Shown piece after piece: positions 6,767 through 10,467 of a stretch of DNA of 10,467 bases. This DNA comes from Octopus sinensis. Its lineage: Eukaryota. The notes under the pieces are model-generated. The model searched no databases, had not been told where the DNA came from, and saw only the letters and a list, made by a program, of their open reading frames with translations. The position numbers were made by a program, and so were the translations under genes. The DNA lies in contig NW_021827407.1 of assembly GCF_006345805.1 (NCBI RefSeq), positions 1 to 10,467 on the forward strand, in the 5' to 3' direction. Numbering within the stretch: position 1 is the first letter of the stretch; each line of letters opens with the position of its first letter.

Positions 6767-6930
6767 AGGTGCAGGAGTGGCTGTGTGGTAAGTAGCTTGC
6801 TAACCAACCACACGGTTCCGGGTTCAGTCCTACTGTGTGGCACCTTGGGCAAGTGTCTTCTGCTATAGCCTCGGGCCGACCAATGCCTTGTGAGTGGATT
6901 TGGTAGACAGAAACTGAAAGAAGCCTATCG

Positions 6931-6967
<37 letters not shown>

Positions 6968-7208
6968 ATATGTTTGTGTGTGTATATGTTTGTGTGTCTG
7001 TGTTTGTCCCCCCACCATCGCCTGACAACCGATGCTGGTGTGTTTACGTCCCCGTCACTTGGCGGTTCAGCAAAAAGGGACCGATAGAATAAGTACTAGG
7101 CTTACAAAGAATAAGTCCCGGGGTCGATTTGCTCGACTAAAGGTGGTGCTCCAGCATGGCCGCAGTCAAATGACTAAAACAAGTAAAAGAGTAAAAGGGT
7201 AAAAGAGT
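6767..7208 (+). mobile_element. Full-length CORE-like tRNA SINE with TSD
   Basis: A-box-like TGGCTGTGTGG (6778-6788), B-box-like GGTTCAGTCC (6821-6830), CORE-like GGCACCTTGGGCAAGTGTCTT, an internal (TA)/(TG)n and a (GTAAAAGA)x3-like tail. TSD AATGGT at 6761-6766 and 7209-7214. Confidence 0.92.
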
Positions 7209-7224
7209 AATGGTAAATTAAGGA

Positions 7225-7860
7225 TTATGACTAAAGATCAAATTACCTAGTGGCTCCTTCAATGGTTAGCATAAATAACAGCCAAGTACTGAGTTTCGGT
7301 AAAGCATCATTGATGCAAATGGAATTTTAACAGAAGACGAGAGACAAAATTACCCAGAGGCTCCCTCAATGGGTTTTTTTTATAAATAATAGTCAAGCAC
7401 TAGGTGTATATAAAGCACCTAAGATGTCAATATAATTATAATAGAAGATAGCGATAAAATTATCTAGAGACACACTCTTTAGCTTGGATAAATAATAGCT
7501 AAGTACTGGGGGGGGGGCTTTTAAAGCATTCAAAACATAAGTGGAATTATAAACAGAAATTTGGAGACAAAATTACCCAGGGGCTCCTTCAATGGTTAAG
7601 TGGTGGCTGTATATAAAATATCCATGATGTGAATGTAATTATAACAGACCGGAGACAGAATTATCTAGAGACCTCTTTAGCTTGTATAAATAGTAGTTAA
7701 GTATTGGGGCTTTCGGGGCATCCAAGACATAAGTAGAAAGGTAAGAGAAGACTAGAAATAAGATTACCTGGAAGCACCTTCATTGGCTTCTATCAAAAAT
7801 AGTTAAGTCTCTATAAATCAACAAATATGTGAATGGTATTACAAGACCTCTACTAATTTC
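7225..7860. repeat. Degenerate ~90-113 bp satellite, about six units of two subtypes
   Basis: The anchor AAATTA(C/T)C recurs near 7240, 7347, 7457, 7570, 7658 and 7761. Confidence 0.7.
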
Positions 7861-7886
7861 TTCTTGAAATACCATATCAATAGGTT

Positions 7887-8053
7887 TTTCTCTGGTTTGT
7901 TTTCTGTTTTTTTTTCTTTTGTATACATTTGTTTGTTTCTTTAGATGTTTTTTGTTTTTGCTTTTCTTTCATTAGTTTTTTGTTTGTTTTTTGGTTCCCT
8001 CTTTTCTTTTTTTTCTCCTTTTTTTTTATTCTTCTCAAAGTAATTTTCTTTGT
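7887..8053 (+). repeat. T-rich polypyrimidine low-complexity tract
   Basis: Runs of T with interspersed G/C. Confidence 0.9.
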
Positions 8054-8104
8054 AGCTGAAAGACGACGGTGAGTGATTATACGGAGCTCGCTCATGAAAA
8101 GGAG

Positions 8105-8105
<1 letters not shown>

Positions 8106-8151
<46 letters not shown>
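8106..8151. repeat. (TG)23 microsatellite
   Basis: Perfect dinucleotide run. Confidence 0.97.
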
Positions 8152-8152
<1 letters not shown>

Positions 8153-8299
8153 ATGTAGGAATTGGATGCATGCATGTTTGTGTATAATGAGGCATCTGAA
8201 AGCATGTGTGCGTGTATTGTTGCATTGACATTTCTCTGAACATGTATATGAAAGCATGGATGGATACAGGCATGTATCTGGATCTATATAGATCCACAC

Positions 8300-8380
8300 A
8301 TATATATATATAATGGATAAATGGATACATACATACATAGACAGATATAGATATGCATATCTCACTTTCTCTCTCTCTCT

Positions 8381-8437
<57 letters not shown>

Positions 8438-9010
8438 CAAACACACATGCATATGTATGTCCTTACATATATATGAATTATGTAAATACATAAAATAATA
8501 TATATATATATAAATATACACACAAATATATATATAAGAATATCTATATATGGATATACATATGCATGTATGCATATATATTATATATATTATATATATA
8601 CATATATATATATACATATATATATTATATATATTTATTTATTTATTTATGTATATATATGGATAGATATATAGATAGATATAGATATATATCCATACAT
8701 GCATATAAACTTACATATACATACACATATACACATGCACATGCACACATACACATATATACATACATACACACATATATATATACACATATTCATATAT
8801 ATATGTATGTATATATATATATAGATATATATTTACAGATTCACTTTACTTTTATATAAATATATATATATGTATATGTATGTATATACATATGTATATA
8901 TATACACACATATATACATACATACATATATAATATATATAGATATATATTTATACATACATATCTACATATATATACACATATGTATATGTGTATGTGT
9001 ATTTATATAT

Positions 9011-9045
<35 letters not shown>

Positions 9046-9048
9046 TAT

Positions 9049-9080
<32 letters not shown>

Positions 9081-9170
9081 ATACATATATATATATATAT
9101 ATATTATATATTATATATATATATACCATACATACATATATATATATGTATGCATGTGTGTGTGTATTGT
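8300..9170. repeat. Compound (AT)/(AC)/(CT)/(ATAC) low-complexity region
   Basis: Almost entirely interrupted dinucleotide and tetranucleotide repeats. Confidence 0.95.
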
Positions 9171-9269
9171 GCTTAATTATGTTTCTACTTTTATTCTTTT
9201 GTCTTCGGTAATAATTAAATCCCTCTCGTTATGATGATCTGGGAATATTGAATAACGACTGATGAGCAA

Positions 9270-9394
9270 CAACGAAACAAAACGAAACAAAACAAAAAAA
9301 AAAAGAAAAACGAAGAAAGAAAAACAAGAAAAATAATAACGATAATAATGACAATAATAATAATAATAAAAGCAATACAAACAAAAACAACAAT

Positions 9395-9425
<31 letters not shown>

Positions 9426-9540
9426 CTCGCGCATCTCATCTTTTATGCTATACAGGAAAAGTAATTTGAGAAAAATGAAAGAAGGAAGGAAAGAAAGAAA
9501 GGAAAGGAAGAAATGAAAGGAGAGAAGAAAGAAGCAAAGT
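9270..9540. repeat. A-rich, (AAT)n, (AAC)n and (GAAA)-like simple repeats
   Basis: Direct reading; one short complex interruption at about 9421-9470. Confidence 0.9.
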
Positions 9541-9707
9541 TGGACGAAGGACTATTGAGAGAAAATATGAGATAAAGAAATTAATACAAGTCATCCATTA
9601 TAATTCCATGCACATCTGAGCTGCTTTAAAGGAATACGGACTACACCCCTCGTTCCTATCTCGTAATTATAGAAACGTGTAAGGGGCTACCTTTATTATT
9701 GTTTTAG

Positions 9708-9971
9708 TCATCATCACCACCACCATCATCATCATCATCATTCTCATCACCGTCACCATCATCATCATCGCCATCATCATCGTTGTCGTCATCATAATCA
9801 CCATCATCATCATCATCATCATTATCGTCACAATCACCATCATCATCGTCGTCATCATCATCATGATCACCATCATCATTATCATCATCATGATCACCAT
9901 CATCATCATCGTCGTCATCATCACCATCATCATCGTCACTATCATCATCATCATCATCGTCACCATCACCG

Positions 9972-10002
<31 letters not shown>

Positions 10003-10394
10003 CATCATCATGTCATCATCATCACCACCACCACCATCATCATCACAATCATCATCATCATCATCACCACCACCAACACCATCATCTCATCATCATCATA
10101 TCATCATCATCATCCAACACATCATCATCACTATCATCATCATCATCATCATCCCATCCCCCCACACCACCACCACCATCTCACCATCATCATCATCATC
10201 ACATCATCACCATCACATACACATCATCATCATCATCACCACATCACCACAACCACCACACCACCACCACCACCCACCCCCATCGTCATCATCATCACCA
10301 TCATCATCACCACCACCACCACCACACCACCACCAACATCACTATCCATCATCATCATCATCACCAACCACCACCATCATCACTTATCATCACC

Positions 10395-10427
<33 letters not shown>
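9708..10427. repeat. ~720-bp (CAT)/(CAC) trinucleotide tract
   Basis: Direct reading; triplet phase is unbroken over 9709-10011 and frequently broken afterwards. Confidence 0.97.
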
Positions 10428-10467
10428 GCCTTTGCTGTCGTCTCTGTGATTGGCGTCGTGATAATTG

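Noticed and set aside
9259-9278. CTGATGAG-CAACAA-CGAAAC, a perfect hammerhead core word pair on the + strand
   Set aside because: There is no stem II beyond one G-C pair, no stem III or UH site, and no downstream strand for stem I; CGAAAC is part of the adjacent (CGAAACAAAA) simple repeat.
7877-9439. Long I/Y/H/T-rich ORFs (up to 246 aa) and L/F-rich ORFs
   Set aside because: They are artefacts of (AT)n, (AC)n, (AAT)n and T/A-rich repeats.
9667-10011. Poly-Met ORF of 114 aa on the minus strand
   Set aside because: It is the reverse reading of the (CAT)n microsatellite.

Overview
Repeat-dense, AT-rich eukaryotic DNA with no intact protein-coding gene that I can support. The SINE and MITE families match my recollection of octopus (cephalopod) repeats; I could not search to confirm this. 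Positions 1-7.2 kb are a nested mosaic of mobile elements: a CR1-type LINE 3' end, a tandem array of a tRNA-derived SINE, several CORE-like SINE copies, two TTAA-flanked MITEs, two decayed Tc1/mariner-superfamily transposases, an inverted duplication, and an unidentified 1.1-kb insertion with a 15-bp target-site duplication (TSD). Positions 7.2-10.5 kb hold a degenerate ~105-bp satellite and simple repeats. The main finding is two different minimal type I hammerhead ribozyme folds on the minus strand (2708-2752 and 5816-5866). Both have an extra G after A9 and a 2-bp stem III. The second carries a compensatory G3:C8 swap of the core C3:G8 pair and a palindromic stem III, and sits in a 206-bp insert flanked by an 8-bp direct repeat. 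This suggests Penelope-like or retrozyme-like mobile RNAs. Self-cleavage and novelty are untested.
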